This document shows positions 18,321 through 34,544 of a DNA stretch of 64,000 bases, piece by piece (position 1 is the stretch's first letter; the number at the start of each line of letters is the position of its first letter). The position numbers were made by a program, and so were the translations under genes. Origin of the DNA: the human T2T-CHM13v2.0 reference genome, Homo sapiens; assembly GCF_009914755.1 (NCBI RefSeq), contig NC_060942.1. The stretch is one strand, 5' to 3'. The notes under the pieces are model-generated. The model made no database searches, was not told the DNA's origin, and saw only the letters and a list, made by a program, of their open reading frames with translations.

Positions 18321-20049
18321 CTACAAAATCATAACTTTTTGTGAACACTTCAGAGATCTGATGTTACAAGAGAATCAACTAGCATGAAATCTAAGGAAAG
18401 ACAATCTAAGAAGAGACAAGATGTGAGTACTAAATTACCTGGGCAGAGCATGGGAGAAAGGTATGGCTTTCATAAAATTGGGTTTAAAAAAATCAGCTCC
18501 ATTTTTTAAAAAATTTCTAAAGGCCAAATGTGGGATAGCACAAAATAGAAAACCCCTGAGAATCACAGACATGGGTAATTTGCACACAAAGAAGAAAGAA
18601 ATAACACTCTATTGCATAGAGACAAAATAATCAACAGAACCAAACTTATTGATGGCCTAGGTGTTGGAACTATCATATAGAAAATGTAAAATAACTAGAA
18701 TTAGTATGTTAAAGGATCTAGTGGAAAAATTAGAAAACATGTGTGAATAGATGAGCAATTTCAGTAGAGGGCTGGAAAATATGAGAAAGGATACTGTGAA
18801 AATGCTAGAAATGAAAAGCATACTAAAGGAGAATAAGAATACCTTTGATGGGCTTACCAGTAGATTAAACACAGCTGAGGAGGAAATTAGTGGATGTAAA
18901 GATAGGTCAAAAGAAATTACCCAAACTGAAAGCAAAAGAGAAGAAAGAGTGAAAAGGTGTTTTTTTTTTTTTCAACAACAACAACAACAACAACAACAAA
19001 ACAGTACATCCAAGACCTATGGACTTTACATATGTAATGGTATGGTACATATGTAATGGTACATTACCCATCAGTCCAACATAATGGCTGAAAACTTTTC
19101 AAAAACAATAAGACACCAAACCACAGATCCAAGAAACTCAGAGATAAATACCACCAACTCTGCTCCCCAAAGAAGCCTAGACACATAATATTCAAATTTT
19201 TGAAAATCCACTTAAAGAGAAAATCTTGAAGTCAGTAAAAAAAAAAAAAAAGACACATATAGAGAGAGGAAGATAAGAAAAATGCAAACTTCTCGTCAGA
19301 AACTATCAAACCATACAATATCTTTAATAGGCCAAAGCAGTGGGGGAGAAGTCAAACAATAAACTTATATCCAGCAAAAATGTCATGCAAAAATGAAGGA
19401 AAGATAAATATTTTTCAGACAGAAACTGAAAGGATTCATTACTAGCAGATCATTAAAAATGTAAAAAGAAGTTCTACAGAAAGTAGGGATACAATAGCAA
19501 ATTAGAAATGTGAGTCTACACAAAAAAGATATATAGAAAGGCTTAAACTAAAGACAATGTAATATTCACAGTTTTCTATTTTAAAAACCACTCTAAAAGG
19601 TAGAGAACAGTTTAAAGCAAATATAGTAGCAATGCATTGTATGTTTATAACATATGTAAATGTAACATATGACAATAAAAGTACAAAAAATAGGAGAGAG
19701 GAATTGAGATTATATTTCTGTAAGCTTCTTATACTATATATGAAGTGATATAATGTATCTGAAGGCAGACTGATGATCCAAAGGTATATAGATAAATTAA
19801 ATTGCTTAATTAAAGATGTGTATTTTAAACCCTAAGCCAACCACTAAAACAAGAGGATTTTTAGAAGATAAATAAATAATAAGCTAATGAAGATAAATTG
19901 AATAATAAAAAATAATTCTTAAAAAGACAAAGATGGAGTAAAATGACAACAAGGAACAGATGGAATAAATAGAAAACAAGTAGCAGAATGTCAGATTCTA
20001 ATTCAATCACATATATAATTAAATGTAAACCATCTAACCTCACCATTAA

Positions 20050-20523
20050 CAGAAACATTATCTTAATATGATATAGTAAGAAGAGTATATTACAGTTGTG
20101 GTATTCTTGCCCAAAATACATGCCCGCAATCTAATCATAAGAAAATAGCAGGTAAACTCAAATTATGGAACGGTCTACAAAATAACTGACCATCACTCTC
20201 CAAAAGTGTCAAGGTTATGAGAGCCAAGGAAGAACTTAGGAACTGTCAAAGATGGAAGAGACTAAGCAGACATTGCAACTAAATGCAATGTGAAATCCTG
20301 GACAGGATTCTGGAACAGAAAAGGAATATTAGTGAAAAAAATTGGTGAAATCTGAATAAAGTCTGTAGTTGAGTTCATTTCTTGGTTTTGATCGTTGAAC
20401 TATCAACTGTGCAAGATGTTAATATGAGAGGAATCTAGGTGAAAGATACATGGGAACTTTCTGCACTATTTTTGCAATTGTTCTGTAAATCTAAATGTGT
20501 TTCAAAATGAAAATGTTTAAAAA
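20050..20523 (+). mobile_element. L1MC4-like 3' end nested at the start of the host ORF2
   Basis: caactaaatgcaatgtgaaatcctggac...tgcactatttttgcaattgttctgtaaatctaaa. Confidence 0.7.
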
Positions 20524-20981
20524 GAAGATTGTCAAATTAGATTTAAAAAGTAGATTTGACTATATTAAAAACTCACTTTAATAGAAAGACATGGATAAGT
20601 GAAAAGGATAGAAAATATATACCATGCAGACATTTATTAAACAAAAGATGGAGTATCTATGATAAAATCTGACAAAATAGACTCCAGAACAAAGAATATT
20701 ACTGAAAATAAAGAGAAACATTACATAGTGATAAAGATGTTAATTCAACATTCCTAAATGTGTATGTCCCTAACAATAGCTTCAAAATACTGAAACAAAA
20801 ACTGACCAAACTGAAGGGAAAAATAGATAAATCCACAACATGGAGAGAAGTTTCAAAACTCCTCTCTCTCTAAACAACAGAACAAATAGAAAGAAAATGA
20901 GTAAAAATGTATTAGACCTGAGCAACATTATCAAACAGCTTCACCTGATTGAATTTATGAAATCTTCCACACAACAACCTA

Positions 20982-21431
<450 letters not shown>

Positions 21432-22929
21432 CTAGAAATAGATAACAGAAAAAATATCTGAACAATCCTCAAATATCTGAAAATAATGTACCATACTTCC
21501 AATTAACATGTAAGTCAAAGAGGAAGTCACATGAGAATTACACAATATTTTGAGTGGAATGAAAATTAAAACAAAGCAACTCAAATTTGTGGAATGCAGC
21601 AAAAGTAGCACTTGGAAATTATAGAATTAAATGATTATAATAGAAAATAAAGTCTCAAATAAATGATCTAAGATTCCATGTTGGTAAACTAAAAAGTGAG
21701 AGAGAAAATTAAACCCAAAGGGAACAGAAGGAAGAAAATAAAATCAAAGCAGAAATCAATGAAATTTAAAACAAAAGACAATATAGAAAATAAATGAAAT
21801 TAATGGTGGAGCTTTTTGACAAGACCACTGATCTTGATAAATTTTTAGCCAGCCTGACCAAGAAAGAAAGAGAGAAAACACAAACTACCAGTATCTGGAA
21901 TAAGAGACATCATTACTGAATCTACAGATATTAAAAGGATCATGGCTATATGTCAATAAGTGTAACAACTTAGATGACATGGGCAAAGTCCTTAAAAAAC
22001 ATAAACTATCAAAGTTCACTAAAAGAAAAAAATGATGATGTAGATAGTTCTATATCTATTAAAGAAGTTGAATTCATAGTTTAAAAATTTTAAGCCAAAA
22101 ACTCTTTAGCCAAATGGCTTCTTACAGTGAATTCTACCAAACATTAAAGAAAAAATAATGCCAATTCTATACAAACTTTTCAAGAATATAGAATAGAATA
22201 GAATACTCCCCAATTCATTTTATGAATTTAGGATTACTCTGATATCAAAATCAGAAAAAAACTACAAGAAAAGACCAATATCCTTTATGAACATGGATGC
22301 AAAATTCTCAACAAAATAGTGGCGAATCAAACCCAACAATACATAAAAAGGGTAATGCATCCTAAAAACACACAGTTAATTCAATGTTCAAAGTGAATCA
22401 ATGTAATTCCCCATAACAGCAGATTAAGGAAGAAAATCCATGTGATCATCTCAATAGGTGCAGAAAAAGCCTCTTACAAAATTCAATATCCATTGAATAC
22501 TTTAAAAAAACAAAAGACCACTTAGCAAACTAGGAATAGAAGGGTATTTCCTTATCTGATGAAGTATGTCTACCAAAAAAGACCCCACAGCTTACATTAT
22601 ACTTAATGGAGAAAGACTTAATGTCCCCTTAATATTAGCAGCAAGGCAAGGATGTCCACTCTCACACTCTCCACTCCTATTCAACATCATAAGGAAGGTA
22701 CAGCTGGTACAGTAAGTCAAGAAAAAAATAAAAGGTCTACAGCTTGGAAAGGAAGAAATAACACTTTATTCTCAGATGATTTGGACTGTACAGAAAAAGT
22801 GAATGTATTTAAAAAGCTACTAGAACTAATAAGTGAGTTTAGCAAGGTTTCACAATATGTGATCAATATACAAAAATCAATTGTATTTGTACACACTAGC
22901 AATGAACAACTGAATTTTTTACTTAAAGA

Positions 22930-23060
22930 AAAATTTTCCTTTTAGAGACAGGGTCTTGCTGTGTTGCCTAGGCTGGTCTCAAACTCCTGGCCTCAAGTGA
23001 TCCTTCCACCTTGGTCCCCCAAAATGCTGGGATTACTGGCATGAGCCACTGTGCCTGACC
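22930..23060 (-). mobile_element. FLAM_C / Alu left monomer
   Basis: agagacagggtcttgctgtgttgcctaggctggtctcaaactcctggcctcaagtgatcc. Confidence 0.8.
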
Positions 23061-23894
23061 TTCAAAAATATTTTTTATGCCATTTAAAATAGCACCAAAA
23101 TTTTAAAAAGTATTTAAGTATACAGCTCACAAAACCTATGCAGGATTCGTATGCTGGAAACTACAAAACACTGATAAAGAAACCAAAGAAGGCCCAATAA
23201 ATGAAGAAATATGCCATATTTGCACACTCAATATTGTTAAAATGTAATTTTCTCTAAACTGATCTCTATATTAAATGCAACTCCAATCAAAATTTCACCA
23301 TAGTTTATTGTAGATGCAGACAAAATCATTCTAAAATGTATCTGGAAAGGCAATCTATAATAGTAATAACAATTATGAAAAAGAACAAAGGTAGAAGACT
23401 TACATTACCTGATTTCAAGACTTATTATAAGCCTCTTATAATTGAGATAATGTGGTGTTTAGAAACTATAGACATATAAATCAGTGGAACAGAATAAAAA
23501 GTTCAGTAACAAACCCACACGTATGTGGTGAGTTGAGTATAAACAAAGATGAAGAGACAACTCAGTGAAGAAAGAACAGTCTTTTAACAAATGGTCTGAA
23601 ACATTTGGATATCCATATGTTAAAACAAAACAAAAAACAACTAATCTTGATTCATAGCTTGTACTGTATACAAAAAGTAACTCAAAACGGATAATAGACT
23701 TAAACGTAAGACCTATGATTATATGTCCAGAAGAAAACAGGAAAAATTATTCGTGACAGTTCTTGTATATGACATCAAAAGTATGATTCATAAAAGAAAA
23801 AAATGACAAATTAGACTTCAGCTAAACTGGGAACTGTTCTTAAAAAGATAATGGTAAGAAAATGTAAAGACAAGCCACAAACTAGGAGAAAGTA

Positions 23895-24186
23895 CAGTCA
23901 CGTGTTGCTTAACAATAGGGATACGTTCTGAGAAATGTGTCAGGCAATGTCATCATTGTACACAAACCTAGATAATGGCTAATGAAGTGGCTGATTGCTT
24001 CCAGACTATTAACCTGTATAGCATGTTACTGTACTGAATACCGTAGACTATTTTAACACAATGATAAATATTTGTATAACTAAACATATCTAAACATAGT
24101 CAAAATAGAATATTAAAATATTATGGGATTATCATCATATATGTGGTCCATAATTGACCAAAACATCATTATATTCTACATAACTA
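23895..24186 (+). mobile_element. Tigger3-derived MITE (Tigger3a/MER7-like)
   Basis: TA|cagtcacgtgttgcttaacaatagggatacgttctgagaaatg terminal sequence. Confidence 0.8.
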
Positions 24187-24210
24187 TATTTGCAAATCAT
24201 ATATCACAAA

Positions 24211-25930
24211 CCCAGTTTTGGCTATTATGAATAAAGTTGCTATGAACATTTGATTACAGATATTGGTGTGGACATATACTTTCATTTCTTTTGAACACTA
24301 CTTGAATGGGTAGGTCATAGGGTAGTGTATTAGTCAGGATTCTCCAGAGAAACAGAACCAATAAACAGATATAGATGTATACATGAGGAGATTTACTATA
24401 GGAATTTGTTCACACAATTATCACACAGAAGTCTTACAATCTGCCATCTGCAAGCTGGAGAGCCAGGAAAGGTGGTGGTGTAATTCAGTCCAAGTCTGAA
24501 GGCCTGAGAACCAGGAGCTTCAGTGTCTGAGGAAAATATGAACAGCACAGCTCAAACAGAAAACGAATTTACCCTTCCTCTGCCTTTTTGTTTTATTCTG
24601 GCCTTCAACAGATTGGATGATAACAACCAACATTGGTGAGGGCAATCTTTACTCAGTCTACTGAGTGAGCTGTTAATCTCTTCACGAAATTCCCTCATAG
24701 ACACTCCCAGAAATAATGTTTTTCCAGCTCTCTGGACATTCTTTAGCCCACTCAAATTGACCCCTAAAATTAACTACCACAGGCTGGCATATGTTTAACT
24801 TTTGATAAACTTCCAAACTGTTTTTCGAATGGTTTTACCATTTCACCCTCCTATCAGCAATGTATGGGAGTTCTAGTTACTCCATATCTTCACTAAAAAA
24901 AATGTTAAGTCTTTTAAATTTTAGCCATTCTAATGGATGAGTACATAATTGTACTCATTATAATTTTATTTTGCATTTCTCTGAAGTCTAATGAACACTT
25001 TTCATGTGCATATTGGCCATTCATATATTTTCTTTTGTGAAATATCTGTAAAAGCCATTATGTCCTCTTAATTTGGTTGTTTGCATTTTTATTATTGAGT
25101 TATAGTAGTTCTTTAAATCTTCTGAATACAAATCCTTTGTTCTTTGTTTTGAGATATATCCTCCCTTTTTGTGGCTTGTCCATCAATTTTCTTAATGGTA
25201 TCTTTTTCTTTTGATGGGTGCTGGTTTTCAATTTTGATAAAGTCTAATATAACAATATTTTAATGTCTTTCTGTCTCCCACTTAAGAAATCCTTGTCTAC
25301 AAATAGTAAAAATATTCTCCCATGTTTTCTTGTAGAAGCTTTATGGATTTAGCTGTTATGTTTAGGTCTGTGATCCACCTTGAGTGAATTATTGCATATG
25401 GTGTGAGGTAGGGGTTAAAGTTCAATTTTTTTTCATATGAATATCCTGTTGTCCCATCACCATTTATTGAAAAGATTTTCCTTTTTCCCACTGAATTGCC
25501 TGGTGACTTAGTTGAGAATCAATGGACCATATAGGCATAGGTACATTTTTGGAATCTATGTTCCATTCCATTGATCTTATTTGACTATCTTTATGCCAAC
25601 ATCACACTGTCCTTCAGTATTGCAGCTTTATAAGTAACCCTTGAAATCAGGTGGTTTAAGTTTTCTAACATAATTCTTTTTCAAGATTATTTAGGTTATT
25701 CTAGGTCCTTTGTGCTTCCATATAATTTTGGAATAAACTTGTCAATTTCTACCAAAAATTCCATTGGGATTTTGATAGTGGTGGTGTTGAATGTACAAAT
25801 AAATTTGGGAAAATTACTATCTTAACAATATTGCGCAACTTAATATATTTAGTTAGGTCTTCTTTACTATGTCTTAGCAATGTTTTGTAATATTTAGAAT
25901 AGAGGTCTTGCATATCTTTCACCATAAAGT
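24211..25930 (-). mobile_element. Old L1M ORF2 3' region in reverse orientation, split by an MLT2
   Basis: ggctattatgaataaagttgctatgaacatt; ccatttattgaaaagattttcc; minus-strand ORFs 25297-25491 and 25749-26039 are ORF2-like. Confidence 0.85.
24326..24781 (-). mobile_element. MLT2B-class ERVL solo LTR
   Basis: tgtattagtcaggattctccagagaaacagaaccaata ... aaattgacccctaaaattaactaccaca. Confidence 0.88.
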
Positions 25931-28900
25931 TTTGATTTTTAAAAAATGACATTTGACCATATAATATGGCTTTTATACTTACTGGGGGTAGATTCCAAAT
26001 CAAATAAAGAAATAAAGCTTCACTCATCCATTTTGCCAATAAATATTCAAATAACCACTAAAAGAAAGGCAATAATAATTATTACTTATCCAATAGGCAG
26101 ATCAAACTATTAGCTTCGTGAAGGTTAGAATGTCTTATTGGCTGGATTTGAACAACCCTTAACAGATTTTCATACCCACATAGGACTCTCATAGCAGCAT
26201 TTTAAAAGACTCATTATGAGAGGACCCACAGATCCTCTGAAGGAAGTGGACTGCTCCTGTAGGACCCAGGAGACACCCCAAATACTGTGAGTGTCCCAAC
26301 TTTGGAAGTGGGAAAGGGAGACCCTCATTTCCCAAACACACACCCCCACTGGAGAAGCTGAAGCCACAGCAAGACCTGCTCAAGGAGAGTCTGAGCTCAG
26401 ACACACCTAGCCCTGCCCCCACCGGATGGTCTTTCCCTATCCACCCTGGTAGCTGAAGACAAAGAGCATATAATCTTGGAAGTTCTAGGGCCCCGCCCAC
26501 CGCCTGTCCCTCTCCATAATACTACAGCTGATGCTTTCTGGAAAGTGCCACCTCCTGGCAGGAGGCCAATCAGCACAAAAATAGAGCATTAAACCACCAA
26601 AGCTAAGGACTCTCACGGAGTCCATTCCAACCCCCTTCCCCACCCTCCCACCACCTCCACTGGAACAGGTGCTGGTATCCACAGGACTCTGTGCAGACTA
26701 CCTCCCAGTACCAGCCCAGAGCCGGGTAGACTCACTAGGTGGCTAGACCCAGAAGAGAGACAACAATCACTGAAGTTTGGCTCACAGGAAGCCACATCCA
26801 TAGGAAAAAGGGGAGAGTACTATATCAAGGGAACACACCATGGACCAAAAGATTCCAAACAACAGCCTTCAGCTCTAGACCTTCCCTCTGACAGAGACTA
26901 CCCAAATCACAAGGAAACAGAAAACCAACCCTGGTAATATGACAAAACAAGGCTCTTCAACACCCCCCAAAAATCACATAAGTTTACCAGCAATGGATCC
27001 AAACGAAGAAGAAATTCCTGATTTACCTGAAAAAGAATTCAGGTTAGTTATTAAGTTAATCAGGGAGGGACCAGAGAAAGGCAAAGCCCAATGCAAGGAA
27101 ATCCAAAAAATTATATGAGAAGTGAAGGGAGAAATATTCAAGGAAATGGATAGCTTAGAGAAAAAACAATAAAACATTCAGGGAACTTTGAACACACTTT
27201 TAGAAATGCAAAATGCTCTGGAAAGTCTCAGCAATAGAATTGAACAAGTAGAAGAAAGAAATTCAGAGCTCAAAGACAAGGTTTCAAATTAACCCAATCC
27301 AACAAAGACAAAGAAAAAAGAATAAGAAAATGTGAACACAGCCTTCAAGAAGTCTGGTATTATCTGAAACAACCAAACCTAAGAATAATTGGTGTTCCTG
27401 AGGAAGAAGGGAATTCTAAAAGCTTAGAAAACATATTTGGGGGAATAATCAAGGAAAACTTCCCTAGCCTTGCTAGAGACCTAGACATCCAAATACAAGA
27501 AGCATAAAGAACACCTGGGAAATTAACTGCAAAAAAGATCTTTGCCTAGGCGCATTGTCATTGGGTTATCCAAAGTTAAGATGAAGGAAAGAATCTTAAA
27601 AGCTGTGAGACAGAAGCACCAGGTAACCTATAAAGGAAAGTCTATCAGATTAACAGCAGATTTCTCAGCAGTGAAACTAAGCATCATAAATGAAGGAAAG
27701 ATACAGTCATTTTCAGACAAACAAATGCTAAGAGAATTTGTCATTACAGAGCCACCACTACAAGAACTGCTAAAAGGAGCTCTAAATCTTGAAACAAATC
27801 CTGGAAACACATCAAAACAGAACTTCTTTAAAGCATACATCACACAAGACCTATAAAACAAAAATATGAGTTAAAAAGCAAAAACAAAAACAAAAACAAA
27901 AAACCAAAGTACACAGGCAACAAATAGCATGATGAATGCAACAGTGCCTCACATTTCAATACTAACAATAAATGTAAATGGCTTAAATTCTCCACTTAAA
28001 AGATACAGAACTGCAGAATGGATAAGAACTCACCAAACAACTATCTCCTGCCTTCAGGAGACTCACTAATACATAAAGACTCACATAAACTTAAACTAAA
28101 GGGGTGGAAAAAGGCATTTCATGCAAATGGACACCAAAAGTGATCAGGGATAGCTATTCTTATATCAGACAAAACAAGCTTTAAAGCAACAGTAGTTAAG
28201 AGAGACAAAGAGGGACGTTATACAATGGTAAAAGGCCTTGTTCAACAGGAAAATATCACAATCCTAAACATATATGCACCTCAAACTGGAACTCCCAAAC
28301 TTACAAAACAATTACTAATAGACCTAAGAAATGAGATAGACAGCAACACAATAATAGTGGGGGACTCCAGTACTCCACTGACAGCACTAGACAGGTCATC
28401 AAGACAGAAAGTCAACAAAGAAACAATGGATTTAAACTATACCTTGGAACAAATGGACTTAACAGATATATACAGAACATTTCATCCACCAACCGCAGAA
28501 TATACATGCTATTTAATAGCACATGGAACTTTCTCGTAGATAGACCATATGTTAGGCCATAAAATGAGCCTCAATAAATTTAAGAAAATTGAAATTATAT
28601 CAACCACTCTCTCAGACCACAGTGGAATAAAACTGGAAATTAACTCTAAAAGGAACTTCAAAACCATGCAAATACATGGAAATTAAATAACTTGCTCCTG
28701 ACTGAGCACTGAGTCAAAAACAAAATCAAGATGGAAGTTTAAAAATTCTTCTAACTGAACGACGATAATGACACAACCTATCAAAACCTCTGGGATACAG
28801 CAAAGGCAGTGCTAAGAGGAAAGTTCATAGACCCAAATGCCTACATCAAAAAGACTGAAGGAGAACAAACTAACATTCTAAGGTCACACTTCAAGGAACT

Positions 28901-30216
28901 AGAGAAACAGGAACAAACCAAACCCAAACCCAGCAGAAGAAAGGAAACAACAAAGTTCAGAGCAGAACTAAATGAAATTGAAACAAATAAAAAATACAAA
29001 AGATAAATGGAATAAAAAGCTGGTTCTTTGAAAAGATAAATACAATTGATAGACCATTAGCAAGATTAACCAAGAAAAAAGAGAGAAAATCCAAATAACA
29101 TCACTAAGAAATGAAACAGGAGATATTACAACTGACACCACTGAAATACAAAAGATCATTCAAGGCTACTATGAACCCCTCTATGCAGATAAACTAGGAA
29201 ACCTAGAAGAGGTGGATAAAATCCTGGAAAAATACAACCCTCCTAGCTTAAATCAGGAAGAATTAGATACCCTGAACACACCAATAACAAACAGTGAGAT
29301 TTAAACAGTAATTTAAGAATTACCAACAAAAAAAGTCCAGGACCAGACGGATTCACAGCAGAATTCTACTAGACGTTCAAAGAATTGGTGCCAATCCTTT
29401 TGACACTATTCCACAAGGTAGTGAAAGAAGGAACCCTCCCTAATTCATTCCATGAAGCCAGCATCACCTAATGCCAAAATCAGGAAAGAACATAACTTAA
29501 AAAGAAAACTACAGGCCGGTATACCTGATGAACATAGATGCTAAAATCCTTAACAAAATACTAGCTAATTGAATCCAACAACATATCAGAAGATAATCCA
29601 CAATGGTCAAGTGGGTTTCCTACCAGGGATGCAGGGCTGGTTTAACATACACACGTCAATAAATGTGATACACCACATAAACAGAATTTAAAACAAAATC
29701 GCATGGTCATCTCAATAGATGCAGAAAAAGCATTCGACAAAAATCCAGCATCCCTTTATGATTAAAACTCTCAGCAAAATCGGCATAGAAGGGACATACC
29801 TTAATGTAATAAAAGCCATCTATGACAAACCCACAGCCAGCATAATACTGAATGGGAAAAAGTTGAAAGCATTCCCTCTGAGAACTGGAACAAGACAAGG
29901 ATGCCCACTCTTACCACTCCTCTTCAACACAGTACTGGAAGTCCTAGCCAGAGCAATCAGACAGGAGAAAGAAATAAAGGGCATCCAAATCAGTAAAGAG
30001 GAAGTCAAACTGTCACTATTTGCTGACGATATGATCATTTACCTTGAAAACACTAAGGACTCCTCCAGGAAGCTCCTAGAACTGATAAAAGAATTCAGCA
30101 AAGTTTCTGATACAAGATTAATGTACACAAATCAGTAGCTCTTCTATACACCAATAGCGACCAAGCAGAGAATCAAATCAAAAACTCAGGAACTCAACCC
30201 CTTTTACAAAAGCTGC

Positions 30217-30270
30217 AAAATAAATAAATAAATAAATAAATAAATACATAAATAAATAAATAAAATAAAA
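30217..30270 (+). repeat. (AAAT)n microsatellite within L1 ORF2
   Basis: Direct reading. Confidence 0.9.
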
Positions 30271-31075
30271 TACTTAGGAATATACCTAACTAAGGAGTCA
30301 AAAGACCTCTCCAAGGAAAACTACAAAACACTGCTGAAAGAAATCATAGATGACACAAACAAATGGAAACACATCCCATGCTCATAGATGGGTAGAATAA
30401 ATATTGTGAAAATAACTATACTGCCAAAAGCAATCTACAAATTCAATGCAATCCCCATCAAAATACCACCATCATTCTTCACAGAATTAGAAAGAAACAA
30501 TTCTAAAATTTATATGGAACCAAAAAAGAGCCCGCACAGCCAAAGCAAGACTAAGCAAAAAGAATAAATCTGGAGGCATCATACTACTTGATTTCAAACT
30601 AAACTAAGGCCATAGTCACCAAAACAGCATGGTACTGGTATAAAAATAGGCTCATAGACCAATGGAACAGAATAGAGAACCCAGAAATAAACCCAAATGC
30701 TTACAGCCAAGAGATCTTCGACAAAGCAAACAAAAACATAAAGTGGGGAAATGACACCCTTTTCTACAAATGGTGCTGGGATAATTGGCTAGCTACATGT
30801 AGGAGAGCGAAACCAGATCCTCATCTCTCACCTTATATAAAAATCAACTCAATATGGATTAAAGACTTAAGGCTAAGACCTGAAACTATACAAATTCTAG
30901 AAGATAACATTGTAAAACCCCTTCTAGACATTGGCTTAGGCAAGGATTTCATGACCAAGAACCCGAAAGCAAATGCCGTAAAAGCAAAGTTAAATAGCTG
31001 GGACCTAATTAAGCTGAAGAGCTTTTGCACAGCAAAAGGAACAATCAGCAGAGTGAACAGACAACCCACGGAGTG

Positions 31076-33177
31076 ATATATATATCACAGAATATGATAT
31101 ATATGATATATATATCATATATATCAGAATATATATATATATCACAAAATATATATATCATATATATCACAGAATATGATATATATATCATATATATCAC
31201 AGAATATGATATGTATATATCATATATATATCACAGAATATGATATGTATATATCATATATATATCACAGAATATGATATGTATATATCATATATATATC
31301 ACAGAATATGATATGTATATATCATATATATATCACAGAATATGATATGTATATATCATATATATCACAGAATATGATATGTATATATCATATATATATC
31401 ACAGAATATGATATATATATCATATATATCACAGAATATGATATATATATCATATATATATCACAGAATATGATATATATATCATATATATATCACAGAA
31501 TATGATATATATATCATATATATATCACAGAATATGATATATATATCATATATATATCACAGAATATGATATATATATCATATAGATCACAGAATATGAT
31601 ATATATATCATATAGATCACAGAATATGATATATATATCATATAGATCACAGAATATGATATATATATCATATAGATCACAGAATATGATATATATATCA
31701 TATAGATCACAGAATATGATATATATATCATATAGATCACAGAATATGATATATATATCATATATAGATCACAGAATATGATATATATATCATATATAGA
31801 TCACAGAATATGATATATATATCATATATAGATCACAGAATATGATATATATATCATATATAGATCACAGAATATGATATATATATCACATATAGATCAC
31901 AGAATATGATACATATATCACATATAGATCACAGAATATGATACATATATCACATATAGATCACAGAATATGATACATATATCACATATAGATCACAGAA
32001 TATGATATATATCACATATAGATCACAGAATATGATACATATATCACATATAGATCACAGAATATGATACATATATCACATATAGATCACAGAATATGAT
32101 ACATATATCACATATAGATCACAGAATATGATACATATATCACATATAGATCACAGAATATGATACATATATCACATATAGATCACAGAATATGATACAT
32201 ATATCACATATAGATCACAGAATATGATACATATATCACATATAGATCACAGAATATGATACATATATCACATATAGATCACAGAATATGATACATATAT
32301 CACATATAGATCACAGAATATGATACATATATCACATATAGATCACAGAATATGATACATATATCACATATAGATCACAGAATATGATACATATATCACA
32401 TATAGATCACAGAATATGATACATATATCACATATAGATCACAGAATATGATACATATATCACATATAGATCACAGAATATGATACATATATCACATATA
32501 GATCACAGAATATGATACATATATCATATATAGATCACAGAATATGATACATATATCATATATAGATCACAGAATATGATACATATATCATATATAGATC
32601 ACAGAATATGATACATATATCATATATAGATCACAGAATATGATACATATATCATATATAGATCACAGAATATGATACATATATCATATATAGATCACAG
32701 AATATGATACATATATCATATATAGATCACAGAATATGATACATATATCATATATAGATCACAGAATATGATACATATATCATATATAGATCACAGAATA
32801 TGATACATATATCATATATAGATCACAGAATATGATATATATATCATATATAGATCACAGAATATGATATATATATCATATATATATCACAGAATATGAT
32901 ATATATATCATATATATATCACAGAATATGATATATATATCATATATATATCACAGAATATGATATATATATCATATATATATCACAGAATATGATATAT
33001 ATATCATATATATATCACAGAATATGATATATATATCATATATATCACAGAATATGATATATATATCATATATATATCACAGAATATGATATATATATCA
33101 TATATATATCACAGAATATGATATATATATCATATATATATCACAGAATATGATATATATATCATATATATATCACA

Positions 33178-33218
<41 letters not shown>
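31076..33218. repeat. AT-rich minisatellite (VNTR) with a 30-34 bp unit, ~65-70 copies, ending in a pure (TA)n run
   Basis: Example units agaatatgatatatatatcatatagatcac (30 bp) and acagaatatgatacatatatcacatatagatc (32 bp); (TA)n at ~33180-33218. Confidence 0.98.
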
Positions 33219-33604
<386 letters not shown>

Positions 33605-34092
33605 TTAGAGAAAACAATTCTAAAATTCACATGGAACCAAAAAAGAGCCTGCATAGCCAAAGCAAGACTAAGCAAAAATCACATGGTCATCTCAATAGAT
33701 ACAGAAAAAGCATATATATATATATGATGGAATACTACCAGCCATAAAAAGGAATGAATTAACAGCATTTGCAGTGACCTGAATGAGATTGGAGACTATT
33801 ATTCTAAGTGAAGTAACTCAGGAATGGAAAACCAAACATCACATGTTCTCACTAATATGTCGGAGCTAAGCTATGAGTACACAAAGGCATAAGAACGATA
33901 CAATGGACTTTGGGGACTTGGAGGGAAGAGTGGGAGGGAACGAGAGATAAAAGACTACAAATAGGGTGCAGTGTAGGCTGCTTGGGTGATGGGCACACCA
34001 AAATCTCACAAATCACCACTAAAGAACTTACTCATGTAACCAAATACCACCTGTACTCTAATAACTTATGGGAAAAAAAAAAGACTCATTAT

Positions 34093-34381
34093 GGCCGGAT
34101 GTGGTGGCTCATGCCTGTAATCCCAGCACTTTGGGAGGCTGAGGTGGGTGGATCACTTGAGGTCAGGAGTTCAAGAACAGCCTGGCCAACATGGTGAAAC
34201 CCCTTCTCTACCAAAAATATAAAAATTAGCTGGGCATGGTGGCACGTGCCTGTAGTCCCAGCTACTCAGGAGGCAAAGGCACAAGAATTGCTTGAACCCA
34301 GAGGCAGAGGTTGCAGTGAGCTGAGATCACACCACTATGCTCCAGCCTGGGCAACAGAGTGAGACTCTGTCTCAAAAAAAA
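34093..34381 (+). mobile_element. AluS (Sx/Sz-like)
   Basis: Full dimer; gactcattat on both sides. Confidence 0.92.
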
Positions 34382-34544
34382 TTGACTCATTATATCTCTT
34401 AGCTAAATTTTACTTGTCCTTCAAGACTCAGCTCAAGTGGCACCTTGTCTAAGAAATTGTTTTGATGATAACCTGTTGCCCACTCAGAGCTGGTGCCTTA
34501 CTATGTCTCTCATGGAACCCTACCCTGTGTTTACCTTTATCTTA

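Noticed and set aside
27542-30138. ORFs with endonuclease and reverse transcriptase motifs as active genes
   Set aside because: They are fragments of L1 ORF1/ORF2 broken by stops, frameshifts and deletions.
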